64,000 nt of DNA, from positions 36,020,973 through 36,084,972 of the forward strand of contig NC_090389.1 in assembly GCF_036365525.1 (NCBI RefSeq), read 5' to 3'. Both the position numbers and the translations under genes were made by a program. The notes under the pieces are model-generated. The model saw nothing but the letters and a program-made list of their open reading frames with translations. It did not search any database and had not been told where the DNA came from. This document shows, piece after piece, positions 49,808-61,794 of this stretch; the stretch's first letter is position 1; each line of letters begins with the position of its first letter. This DNA is from Heterodontus francisci (taxonomy: Eukaryota).

Positions 49808-50329
49808 TGAGACAAGCCGGGGATTTGGTTACCATGAGAACAAGGTACCCAGATCAAAGACCCTTTTGAAAGCAGGGTGCAAGGTTGTAAACCTAAAGGA
49901 CAATGGGTTTCACTCTCCCCGACTCTATGGGCGGATCGGTTAGTGGCTTGGGGGTGGTGTAAAATTGAACGGGAGGCTGCGGGAGGCTGGAGACGTGAAA
50001 GGCCGCCCAGCGATAGCTGCCAGCCATTCCGCGCCCCGGGAGGGGCCATGGCAGTCGGGCACAAGGTGCCCAATTGAGGGCCGCCCCTGCCTCCCAACCC
50101 ATCCCCGTCTGGAGGCATGGAGGGTGGGAGAAAGCGGGCAGTGAGCGAGAGGGGAAGCGGGGAGTGAGTGGCCAGACAGCGGGATGGCACTGAAACCTCA
50201 GAGAATTACAGAGGGTTTGCAGCACTGTCAGAGGTGCTGCACTTCTGATGAGACTTTATACCTTCTCCGAGTGAACAACATGTGCACTGTGTGCTGCCAT
50301 GGGTTGGAGTTGTATTTCTGTGATTAATT

Positions 50330-50830
50330 GAACAGCGCCATCTTTAATCCTGGCAGCTGCCTGAATGTTGCAGACTGCGACGTTTTAGTGGAACAGGCTG
50401 CATTTGCGTGTGTGCCAGTACTGTTCCACTTAGCGGCAATTTTCAGAAGCCACCAGCATTTTCCTAGTGTTGGGCAGGCCCTCCTCGGAATGATGTTCTG
50501 CCGTGACAGTTTGTGTGGCAGGCTGAGGGGGTGCCATTGGAGCTTCCTTTCAATCCCCCAAATTACAGAGCCACATGACGAAAAGGTCACAGCCACAACC
50601 ACAACATATCCTGTGGAGGGATTCCCCTCCATACTGATGGTCTTAATAGCTGTGGGCCTTCATTCTTCTTAAATTTTCAGGAGGCTTCCGAGAGTGCCTC
50701 CATTTGAGGTGCCCTCGCAGTCCCCTACCTGCCTCAGCAGCGCTCACCTCTCTGGTGGGGCTTCCAGCCATAGAGTGCTGAGGGTCCTCTGGGCCTCCTG
50801 CCTCAGCAACTCGCCCACCATCCTTAAGTC
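50330..50830 (-). pseudogene. Highly decayed Harbinger transposase N-terminal remnant
   Basis: SMEGNPSTGYVVVVAVTFSSCGS aligns by eye with 'HP..VAVKVTVALNF.A.GS' seen at 52260-52330. Confidence 0.4.
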
Positions 50831-50832
50831 GA

Positions 50833-51058
50833 TAATAAAAGCGAAATACTGCAGATGCTGGAAATCTGAAATAAAAACAAGAAATGTTGGAAATACTCAG
50901 CAGGTCTGGCAGCATCTGTGGAGAGAGAAGCAGAGTTAACGTTTCAGATCAGTGACCCTTCATCAATTCTAAAGAAGGGTCACTGACCTGAAACGTTAAC
51001 TCTGCTTCTCTTGACACAGATGCTGCCAGACCTGCTGAGTATTTCCAGCATTTCTTAC
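50833..51058. mobile_element. Inverted (head-to-head) pair of Penelope pLTR fragments
   Basis: About 90-bp palindromic arms centred on aatt at ~50966-50969; TSD ccttaagtcga/ccttcagtcga at 50822-50832 and 51059-51069. Confidence 0.85.
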
Positions 51059-51194
51059 CCTTCAGTCGAACGGGAAGGTGGCCTCTTAATTGGCTGTTTC
51101 CTGTAAGATTGCACTGGTGGATGCTGAGCAGAAGCAAGCAGGGTTGGTACCCACAACTGGTCAACTCTTCCTCCTCCCCGATGCTCCATCATGT

Positions 51195-51339
51195 CTACAG
51201 CTCTGACTCCAGCTGAGCAACCCTGAACCACAGTTGCTCGAGCTGCAGACACTTATCACAGATATGGTTGTCTGGGATCACAGTTGCTCGCCACAAACTC
51301 TCATAGGTTGCAGTTACAGCACACCATCTGCCCTGCCAT
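51195..51339 (-). mobile_element. CR1 ORF1 N-terminal fragment
   Basis: MAGQMVCCNC...HICDKCLQLEQLWFRVAQLESE. Confidence 0.7.
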
Positions 51340-51709
51340 ATCTGTCTAACCTTATTTATTTATTTATCTATTTTATTAGTTAATTAGTTACCCATTTAGT
51401 AAAGTAATAGCAAGGCTGAATTTTCACCACGAAGGTAGGAAACAGACTGGATTTGTTTTCAGATCAGAAACTTGTCTCCAGTGAGAAACTGATCAAAGTT
51501 AAGAATTTTACTTGGGGACACCCATAGTTGGTATTGAGACAGTTTTCCTGTCCACTTACAGCCAGTGAGAATGGGAAGGGAGGTGGGTGAGGTGAAGTGT
51601 AGGCCTCATTTTGACACTGCTGAGCAGCCATCACTCACGTTGCTAGTTGTCCTGAGGGAGAGATCTGCAGTTTGTGCCAAAGCTTTCCACTGCACCAGAG
51701 GGAAGCAAG

Positions 51710-51860
51710 ATGTCCCAGGGGAGCCAGAGGACTGGGCCCCAAGGCAGGGCAGACCCTTGCTTCATTGATTCCAGCCTTGATCTAATGCTGCAGGGTGTGA
51801 GAGAGCGGAAGGAGATCATCTTACTGGAGCGTGGTAGGAGGAGACTGCCTCATTGTGCAG
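51710..51860 (+). pseudogene. Harbinger Myb/SANT-like protein N-terminus
   Basis: RADPCFIDSSLDLMLQGVRERKEIIL...GRRR, cf. R.PRFS..LE.L...V..R...LF. Confidence 0.65.
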
Positions 51861-51889
51861 CAGGGCAACTCTCTGTTCAGTCTCTCCCT

Positions 51890-52580
51890 CTACCTGGGCT
51901 GGTGGAGGATCAAGAAGTCATGGCAGCTGCCAGAAAAGCGAGGGAACACATGGAGGAAGCTCTTGTTTTGGTCACAGACCATCCGAACATTGAGGGAGTG
52001 GAAGCCCTTCCTGTTGATGGACCTCACTGGGTGTCTTGATGGCCACATGGGTGCATTCGATGATGACATGCACCTGGGGGAATCCAGTGATGGAGGCGAA
52101 ACCCAAAGCCCTCTGCGCCTGCGCAAACCGCGTCTGTGCAAACCGCGTCTGTTGTGAAATGAATTTCCAGTCCAGCTCTGGCAAAGAGGGGATCAGTGAC
52201 TAGCAAGATGCAATGGTGTGCAGCTATTTTTGAGTTGCTGCTAATGTCTGCAGCTGATCCTTGGAAGGAGCCATAAGCAAAGAAATTCAAGGCCACAGCG
52301 ACTTTGACAGTCACAAGCAGGGCATGGTGACCGGTGCTGCAAGGTCTTCGGTCATAAGGGCATCTACCGAGAGTGTCACAGTCTTCTGTAGCACTCGTTC
52401 TTGTTCATCTCCAGGTAGCTCCATCTTCGACGTAGATCCTGTATTGAGGGTTTGGCCTCCGTTGCTTTCCTGCTCTTCTTTCCTCTCCCGTGCCCTCCTG
52501 ATATTCGGGGTTCTGCTCTTCCTGCGGAGGGTTTTCCCCTCAGTGCCACTGGGCCCAAAATCTGACAGTTGTGCCCCTAT
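51890..52580 (-). pseudogene. Harbinger transposase N-terminal half
   Basis: SYLEMNKNECYRRL, VKVAVALNFFAYGSFQ, GFPQVHVIIECTHVAI, INRKGFHSLNVRMVCD, FSGSCHDFLIL across frameshifts. Confidence 0.9.
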
Positions 52581-54157
52581 TGCCAGCTAGAGCCTTCCTT
52601 TTGGGCAGGTGGATGCCCAATTGTCCTTGACAGCCTTGCCCACTGCTCTTCTTTCCCCATGATGCCAGGGGGTTCTGACTCCATTCAGTGTCTGGGCACG
52701 GCATGTCCACTCTCCCTGCCACCTGTGCAACACCAAGGGCATCCCTTTACCAAGTGCCAAGTCCCCCTTTGTCCCACTGATCCTCCTGTGAGGACAGGGT
52801 GATGCCTTGGGGCAGCCATGATTGGAACCTCACACTTTACCTGCCTTCCTTCATCTGATCTGTTTCTGAAGGCATGGAAAACCTGTACACCCTTTAAAAA
52901 TCTGAAGCCTTGGTAGCCCCACCAGGAGAGGTGAGCGCTGTGGAGGATGCCTACCTTTTGAGGCCAATTAAGTAAGCAAAAATTAAAAATCAGAAGAGCC
53001 AAGCAGGCAGGCCCCTCCGGATGGCCCATTGGGGTCATGGGGGCAGCCTCCCTACTCTTGGCCCCCTCATTGAAGCATGAAGCCTCCAGCTCCAATGGCC
53101 TTCTGGACAGCCTCAGGGAGGCTGTCCCCACTCTGCCGCCAGCTAAATGCCAGAAAAAATGCCCTTCGTAGAGCCTTTACTTATTTAAATTGGCTGTCTG
53201 CCTCCAATCAGGCAGCCGATCCGCGTCTAGTCCTGCCGCTGCTCCCCACTATTTTCCCAACTGCCCCCCACCTCCCAGCCCATCACTGTGGGACCAGGAA
53301 AATCCTGTCTAATGCATCAGATCATTGATCTATTATCGGAACTGCTGTATCTCATGTCTTCCAATGTGTCAATGAGCTTAATTGGCAGGCATGAACCTAA
53401 AAGATCACCTTTATGGTCCTTTTCTCCACCAAGTGCTATGTTCATGACAGTATTAAGTGCACAAATCTGAGCTTGCCTTTTGGAGAACAAAATTAAATTA
53501 GTTGCTTTTTCACAGCACCTGACAGCTATTAAGAGGATGAGTGTTCCATTTATTCAGTGCGGCGTAAAAATTCTGCTCGTACATCTGTTTCTCCTGGATT
53601 CTCTGCCCTACTAACCAATGAAACAACCACATCAAATGCTCCTTGTCCATATGCAAATTTCACACACTTGTTTGTATGCAAAAGTAGAAAGGCAAAGAAT
53701 AACTTGGGAGGTGAGACGGCTAAAAATATCCTTTCAGCTGCTTTATCCTAAGCCTAGTGTATTGAACCCAAATTCCAAGTTTGGACAAGTTACTGGGCAA
53801 AGTGGGATGATGGCGAGTGGAGGGGAGATGGGTGGCTGGGTGCACAGGTGATTGTTGTTGGAAAACAGAGATTGGTCCAAGTCACAGCTGTTGGGGTCTG
53901 AAGTTCTGTTAATGGATGATAAATACCTGGTAGTTCACGATAATAGGGTGAACAGGTGCTGGGTGTTAATTGAATTCAAGTGTGTATATATAATGATGAG
54001 CCAGGCAGCACTGCCTGGTGATGTTGTTTGAAGAGTAGAGGGAAGCAGTTATAAAAAAAAAAATCTACACCAAAGCATCCTAGTCTCAGTGTCTTCTTCA
54101 CAAACAGGCTTGGAGATTTCTCTAACAGTAGCTGAGCTTGATTCATGGCTGCTTAGA

Positions 54158-54497
54158 ATTTATTTAGAGATACAGCACTGAAACAGGCCCTTTGGCCTAC
54201 TGAGTCTGTGCCGACCATCAACCACCCATTTTATACTAATCCTACACTAATTCCACATTACTACCACATCCCCACCTGTCCCTATATTTCCCTTCCACCT
54301 ACCTATACTAGGGGCAATTTATAAAGGCCAATTAACCTATCAACCTGCAAGTCTTTGGCATGTGGGAGGAAACCGGAGCACCCGGAGGAAACCCACGCAG
54401 ACACAGGGAGAACTTGCAAACTCCACACAGGCAGTACCCAGAATTGAACCCGGGTCTCTGGAGCTGTGAGGCAGCGGTGCTAGCCACTGCGCCGCCC
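54158..54497 (-). mobile_element. HE1-type V-SINE
   Basis: Reverse-complement homolog of 41273-41597; B box gggttcaattct. Confidence 0.9.
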
Positions 54498-55898
54498 TTC
54501 AAGAATGTTCTTGAAGAACCAACTGTTACATTTATAGTTCCTGTTAGATTCTTGAGTTTAACTATGTATGTGTGGCCAACTGTGCAGGGTCACTGAACAT
54601 TCTTGAAATCTTGCACTGTTTTTGGAATACTGGACTATGTATTCCTGTATATGTCAATTGTTGTGCGTTTAGCAAACTTTAACATTTTGGGATTGTGGCT
54701 TGGTTATAGTTACAGTTCAATTATGGTCTGGCACAGACACAATGGGCCAAGTAGCCTCTTTCTGTGCCTTAAACTTTCTATGATTCTATTATGAACAATC
54801 TCTCCCACATAACCTTATAAGTTAATTTGCATTTCAGAAACTTAGCTGGCTTACACACCCCAGTCAGTGTTCTATTATTAACCCAAAAACTCTTAGGCAC
54901 ACACTTGATCTTCTATAACTAAGAAACATAACGGGGATAAATTTGATCTCAACAGAGAGGCCTCACATCTACCCCGTTCTTGTTGGCATAAGGTCCTATC
55001 TATTTTGAGGCTTCATTTCGATCCTGGTGATGGCATCAAGTGGTGCAGTGCTGCAGCTTGCCAGTTGTGCGAGCAGAGATAATCGGCCAGCTCCCGGTGG
55101 GGGAGGGGGGGTTGTGTGTGTATGTGGCTTTTCATGCGGATGGTGACCTTGGACAGGTCTGGCTGCAGGCCAGAGTTTTCTTTTACTTTTGGGTCATGAA
55201 AAAGCATCAGTTGGGTGGCAGAGGTGAGAAACTAGCAGCTGATGGATGAAAATGGTTTCCATAGCATCATAGAAAAAAAGAAAATTAATTCATTCTATAC
55301 CTCCCCCATTTATAAATCTATAATTTAGACTTTATGAAAAATATTCTGTGAAATGTTTACACACTTATGAGATGATATAGTAATATTTCTATTTTTTCAT
55401 TGCAACATCAGGTTTAGCATCTTTAAGACAAAAGGCATGCGGGTTCATTCAATACAATAATTTTCCTGATTTCAGCAGCAACAGATTCAAGTTGATACAC
55501 CGCGTACGCATGGATTGAGAGCGGATCTAGAAAGTGATCGTACACGTAATAAAATTGGCAGAACAATCTGATCTCCGCTATAATGGAAAACATAACTGGT
55601 TACAGGAGCCAAACAGAATCTTGAAGTATTGGCCTCCAATCAGCAAAGTACAATCTCTGGAGCCAAACTCTTTTTCAATTCAGAGTATAAACTGGCATCC
55701 CAGTCTCAATTAACTATTCGGAAACACATCTGCCGCGCTCCCACGCTCGCTCTCGTGCATATATATTTTCTTTCTCTCTCTCTCCTCAGTCTGTAGGGAT
55801 TACAAACTAGCACTACATCACTGGGGAATTGGATATCTAAAAGTCAAAAATCCAGCAATATCCACCTTTGCATTACTGAGGAATAGTTGATTAACCAA

Positions 55899-57815
55899 TT
55901 AGAACATTAGAACATTACAGCGCAGTACAGGCCCTTCGGCCCTCGATGTTGCGTCGACCTGTGAAACCATCTGACCTACACTATTCCATTTTCATCCATA
56001 TGTCTATCCAATGACCACTTCAATGCCCTTAAAGTTGGCGAGTCTACTACTGTTGCAGGCAGGGCGTTCCACGCCCCTACTACTCTCTGAGTAAAGAAAC
56101 TACCTCAAACATCTGTCCTATATCTATCACCCCTCAACTTAAAGCTATGTCCCCTCGTGTTTGCCATCACCATCCGAGGAAAAAGACTCTCACTATCCAC
56201 CCTATCTAACCCTCTGATTATCTTATATGTCTCTATTAAGTCACCTCTCCTCCTCCTTCTCTCCAACGAAAACAACCTCAAGTCCCTCAGCCTTTCCTCG
56301 TAAGACCTTCCCTCCATACCAGGCAACATCCTAGTAAATCTCCTCTGCACCCTTTCCAAAGCTTCCACATCCTTCCTATAATGCGGTGACCAGAACTGCA
56401 CGCAATACTCCAGGTGCGGCCTCACCAGAGTTTTGTACAGCTGCAGCACGACCTCGTGGCTCCGAAACTCGATCCCCCTACTAATAAAAGCTAACACACC
56501 ATATGCCTTCTTAACAGCCCTATTAACCTGGGTAGCAACTTTCAGGGATTTATGTACCTGGACACCAAGATCTCTCTGCTCATCTACACTACCAAGAATC
56601 TTCCCATTAGCCCAGTACTCTGCATTCCTGTTACTCCTTCCAAAGTGAATCACCTCACACTTTTCCGCATTAAACTCCATTTGCCATCTCTCAGCCCAGC
56701 TCTGCAGCCTATCTATGTCCCTCTGTACCCTACAACATCCTTCGGCACTATCCACAACTCCACCGACCTTAGTGTCATCCGCAAATTTACTAACCCACCC
56801 TTCCACACCCTCTTCCAGGTCATTTATAAAAATGACAAACAGCAGTGGCCCCAAAACAGATCCTTGCGGAACACCACTAGTAACTAAACTCCAGGATGAA
56901 CATTTGCCATCAACCACCACCCTCTGTCTTCTTTCAGCTAGCCAATTTCTGATCCAAAGCTCTAAATCACCTTCAATCCCATACTTCCGTATTTTCTGCA
57001 ATAGCCTACCGTGGGGAACCTTATCAAACGCCTTACTGAAATCCATATACACCACATCCACTGCTTTACCATCATCCACCTGTTTGGTCACCTTCTCGAA
57101 AAACTCAATAAGGTTTGTGAGGCACGACCTACCCTTCACAAAACCGTGCTGACTATCGCTAATGAACTTATCCTTTTCAAGATGATTATAAATCCTATCT
57201 CTTATAACCTTTTCCAACATTTTACCCACAACCGAAGTAAGGCTCACAGGTCTATAATTACCAGGGCTGTCTCTACTCCCCTTCTTGAACAAGGGGACAA
57301 CATTTGCTATCCTCCAGTCTTCCGGCACTATTCCTGTCGACAATGACAACATAAAGATCAAGGACAAAGGCTCTGCAATCTCCTCCCTATCTTCCCAGAG
57401 AATCCTCGGATAAATCCCATCTGGCCCAGGGGACTTATCTATTTTCACACTTTCCAAAATTGCTAACACCTCCTCCTTGTGAACCTCAATCCCATCTAGC
57501 CTAGTAGTCTGAATCTCAGTATTCTCCTCGACAACATTTTCTTTCTCTACTGTAAATACTGACAAAAAATATTCATTTAACGCTTCCCCTATCTCCTTTG
57601 ATTCCACACACAACATCCCACTACTATCCTTGATTGGCCCTAATCTAACTCTAGTCATTCTTTTATTCCTGATATACCTATAGAAAGCCTTAGGGTTTTC
57701 CCTGATCCTATCCGTCAATGACTTCTCGTGTCCTCTCCTTGCTCTTCTTAGCTCTCCCTTTAGATCCTTCCTGGCTAGCTTGTAACTCTCAAGCCCTAAC
57801 TGAGCCTTCACGTCT
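55899..57815 (-). mobile_element. Young 5'-truncated CR1 (CR1-E), ~570 uninterrupted ORF2 codons
   Basis: Near-identical to 42639-43992; complete RT domain; premature stop at 56105-56107. Confidence 0.95.
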
Positions 57816-59376
57816 CTAATCCTACACCTCCACCAAGAACAGGCATAATTGATGGAGTGAAAAGGAACATTTCTGGAACTATACAACAGATCCATCAGCA
57901 CCTGTTTAAAAAAAAAAATTGATATTCTGAAATGCTGTGTTCTCTGTATTTCCAGCAGTCTGTTCTTGATTCAGATTAAAGCAGTTGCAGGTTTAATTCC
58001 TTTTTGTATCTACAATCGATTTCATAGCATATTTTAATTTTTTAAAAAGTTTTAAAAGTGCAAGTCTATTTACACGTGCCATATACAGATATAGGGGCAA
58101 GAATTCCAATGAGCCATTCTACCACTGCAAGGGCAGAGGAGTGAAGCCTGTGGCCACTGAGAGTGATGGCCATTGACTCTATCTAATTTGTAAGAATGGG
58201 GTCAGATTGGTATGGATGAACATCAGTCTTGTTAAAGCACAACAATTGTGCCTGCTCTGAGGTAGGCTGAGAATGTCAGATCAGCTCCATGGCGCTCTTA
58301 TTCACCACATGTAGCCTCGGAAAGGCCTCAAAGTAACAGAGCAGCCTGAACTCTGCAGGTCCCAAAACAGCAGGGTAAATGGTTTTCTCCAGGTTTGAGT
58401 ACTTGCTTGCTCTGCAATCCTCCAAGCCTTTACAAGGTCCACAGTGGAGCCGATGGCCTGCTCTCTGCACTGAGGACTGGGGAATTTCCCCAGCCACATC
58501 CCTTTACAATAGAGGAACTTGAGTAGATCCAAACCCTCCAACCAGAATTTCTGCATAAGGGAGAATCCTGAGGGAGCTCAGTTTTCAAACCACTCCTCCC
58601 GCCACTGCTGCTTTTGAAGAATTCCAAAGGTACATCCAACACAAAAGTGGAACTTTGGACTCATAATTGTTTGGGGAAAGAAATGCAAATCAAGTAAAAT
58701 TACATTTATTTATTTTGACAAAGGTAATTAATATCTTTCTTCATTCTGATTTTTGTGCGAGTTTTATGCCCTCCCCACCTCTTCTTTCCACCCCCCCCAC
58801 CCCCCAACCACCGCCACCCCCTTCCCCCCCCCCCCCCATCATGGGAGCAGGCTGGGGTGGGGGTTGCTGCTGGCTGTAAAATCGGATATAGGTTGGCAGA
58901 GTGTGCCGTGGCTGTTGCCTACCTGCCTCTGCTGGTATTTTACTTGGGTCAGTTGAGGCTCTCAATTGGCTAATTATTTAACGGCCTCTTCCTGCCATCA
59001 GTGGTATTTTACCAGCAACGGGTAGGGGTGGGGGAGCTACACCATGTAGCGAGGCTCCCTGGTAGCCTGACTGCAGGCTTGGGGAATGGGGGGGGTGCCT
59101 CCTGTTTGGGCACCCTGTGCCCCATGGAGAGCCCCCCCCCACCTCCCTGCCACTATATCCCTGCCTGCATGGCCCCAGCAAGCCAGCCCTACTTACCTTT
59201 ACTCCGGGCCTCCAGCACTCCTTCTGGTCCTGGGCTGACTGCAATCCCAGCAATAACCACTGCCCTCTGTTTGGTCAGCAGCTCTTGGAAGTGGGACATC
59301 CTGCATCGCAGTGAGGTAGTGGGGGGGCAGAAGCCACGTCCTCAGGCAACTAATGGCCTGACAACAGTAAAATCCA

Positions 59377-59539
59377 ATAATATAAAAGCAAAGTACTGTG
59401 GACGCTGGAAATCTGAAATATGAACAGGAAGTGCTGGAAATACTCAGCAGGTCTGGCAGCATCTGTGGAGAGAGAAGCAGAGTTAACGTTTCAGGTCAGT
59501 GACCCTTCTTCAGAACGCTAACTCTGCTTCGCTTGCTAA
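59377..59539 (-). mobile_element. Short Penelope pLTR insertion with a 5' inversion
   Basis: TSD AGTAAAATCCA at 59366-59376 and 59540-59550; short inverted copy aacgctaactctgcttc at 59514-59530. Confidence 0.85.
59482..59516 (-). ncRNA. Minimal type I hammerhead ribozyme motif (intact core)
   Basis: GUU-CUGAAGA-A-GGGUC-ACU-GACCU-GAAAC-GUU-AAC: stem I, CUGANGA box, stem II, GAAA box, palindromic ACGU in place of stem III. Confidence 0.7.
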
Positions 59540-60857
59540 AGTAAAATCCAGTTGTGTCTAGGGCCGACAGAGGCGGGCTCGTCCCCAACTTTCCAGCCCG
59601 TGGGCCACCGCCACTGTGTTAAATCCTGGCCATACTCATCCGTGATAATTTGAAGAATCAGTTTGTGTAGACTGATTATTTTTATAGCTTCGGGAAGTGC
59701 ATAGAATGGTCCGGGCACAAATTGGGATATGCTTTGTAAGTAACCAGTAAATGCTGTAAACTCTAAAGTAGCTGCTGTTTGGAGCCAATACTGGTAGCTG
59801 CTGGGCTCTGGCCTTGGGTTTTCTGTCTGCTGCATAAATATTTCAATGCTCTGGTCAGAGTTCTGTCACCATACAAAAGCTTTGTTGCCTCGTTTGTGTT
59901 GCCATGTTTTTATAGTTATGTTTCCATGCTAGTTAGAATTAATAAGCTCACTGATGCATTTAAGATCTATCAGAATGTAGCTAATGGTTCACTTTTCTGT
60001 ACCGTATGACAGCAGAGACATTTTGAGGGTAATTGCAAGCATGAAACTCTATTATTCCAGTTGAATGTTTGATAACTGTTGCACTTGAGCAGTTATGGCT
60101 TCAAGCAAGCAATGTTGCTCAGAGCAATCAGAAAAATTATTGCTTGTAATCATTAATGAAACCATCTCACTTAAATATAGATTTTGTTCTCTATGCAAAA
60201 GTCCTGTTGTCGTTTTCTTGGAGATCATTTCATTTTTATAGAGAAACCACAGAAAAGTGGGATTTTAGTTGATCTATTGGGAAAAAACAGGCTTAGTTCA
60301 GAACTGATCATGTAGATAGTCCCCAAATTTCTCAGCTTGTGATCTCAGCAGTTACCCTCCTGGACTGACCCTGTAGGAGTTTGTCGGCGTCCATGTAAGA
60401 ACACCTTATTTTCATGGGGCAGGTAGGTTTAAAGGAGTAGATCAAGTTTTCAAAAAAAATCTGATTTTTTTTCAGGGATTTGAAGCCTCCATTGAGGCCC
60501 ATTTTCACTCACCTGTTGGATGGTATGCTTCATCTCACTTGGTTTCCCACGTACAGTACTATTCTGCTTTATTCTGACTGAGCCAATTGAGTAGGAACTT
60601 TTTATCTTAAATCACATGATTTCCAGCAAAAGGTTGTTTTCAACAACAACATCTCAAATGTCCTCTCGGTGAACTTTAAAAAAAAAAGAGTCCAGTAGCT
60701 ATGAAATCTTCAGCCTCACAAAAATGAATTCATTTCCACAATTTAAATACAAGTCCTCAAAAATTTAACAAAAATGGTGTTGTAATACCATCAAAATGTC
60801 CTCAACATCCAAGTCTATTTTGAAAAAGGCGGTTGATGATTGCAGACCAGCATAAAA

Positions 60858-61275
60858 ATATAACATAAGAAATAGGAGCAGGAGGAAGCCTTCTGTGCCA
60901 TTCAGTAAGATCATGGCTGAACTTATCCATCTACTTCACTTTCCTGCCCTATTCCCATATCCTTTGAATCCCCTAGTTCCCAAAAATCTATCAATCTCCA
61001 ACTTGAATATACTCATCGACTGAGCAGCCACAGCCCTCTGGGGTAGGGAATTCCAAAGATGTGCAACCCCTGAGAGAAGAAATTTCTCATCATTGAGGTA
61101 TAAATGGTGGACACCTTATCCTGAAACTATGATACCTAGTTCTAGACTTTCCAGCCAGGGGAAATGGCCTTTCAGAATCTACCCTGTCAAGCCCCCTCAG
61201 AATTTTATACATTTCAATGAGATCACCTCTCATTCTTTCTAAATTCCAGAAAATATAGGCCCATTCTTCTCAAGC
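60858..61275 (-). mobile_element. CR1 3' end
   Basis: aacataagaaataggagcagg tail and UTR plus ORF2 C-terminus, homologous to the CR1-B 3' end. Confidence 0.85.
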
Positions 61276-61479
61276 ATCAGATAATGTTCCAGGCAATGGA
61301 ACAATTGTCATCACTTTGGGTTCCTGCAGCCAATACATCTGCAAGCATACAGTTTTTGTGACTGTGGTCAGGAACCATCCATTAATATGTTAAGACGTTG
61401 TATTGGCATGCGGCATTAGTGTTGTATCATGTCTCGTTAATGAAAATGTGAAGGATCAACACAGGAATACAAGGACCTG

Positions 61480-61790
61480 TAAAGGACTTGTGTTTATCGA
61501 GCACCTTTTATTAACTCAGGCCGTCACCAAGAGGTGTACAGCCAACTGAGTACTTTTTTGAACTGTCGTCACTGTTTAATGTAGGGAAACATGGCAGGCA
61601 TTTTCTCACAACAAGGTGCCACAAACAGCAATGAGATACATGACCAGATAGCTTGATCTAGTGATGATGTTTGAAGGATAACTATTGGCTAGGAAACTGA
61701 CAGAACTTTCCTACATGTTTTTGAATACTGTAATGGTATCTTTTACATCCACCTGAGAGTGCAGACAGGGCCTCAGTATAACATCTTATC
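61480..61790 (-). mobile_element. Deu-SINE (SacSINE1-like)
   Basis: Reverse-complement homolog of 34080-34367 (tttacatccacctgagag, aaacagcaatgagata). Confidence 0.75.
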
Positions 61791-61794
61791 CACT

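Larger units (their letters stand above)
51413..53310. mobile_element. Internally deleted PIF/Harbinger transposon
   Basis: Ends aggctgaattttc / gaaaatcctgtct; contains a Myb-like gene start (+) and a transposase start (-) converging on a deletion junction near 51890. Confidence 0.7.
58755..59631. mobile_element. Harbinger-type MITE with a pLTR insertion
   Basis: gtgcgagttttatg ... ttaaatcctggcc termini; GC-rich body similar in style to the other MITEs. Confidence 0.6.

Noticed and set aside
51890-52580. Domesticated HARBI1 gene
   Set aside because: Frameshifts, a 15-bp internal duplication near 52123-52152, first catalytic Asp changed (ECTH), and C-terminal half deleted.
58770-58840. C-rich tract (G-quadruplex on the minus strand) and a proline-rich ORF
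   Set aside because: Low-complexity expansion within a MITE; no independent evidence of function.
4968-61275. Minus-strand bias of CR1 copies as evidence for a plus-strand host gene
   Set aside because: Too few independent insertions, other LINEs are mostly on the plus strand, and no coding exon was found.
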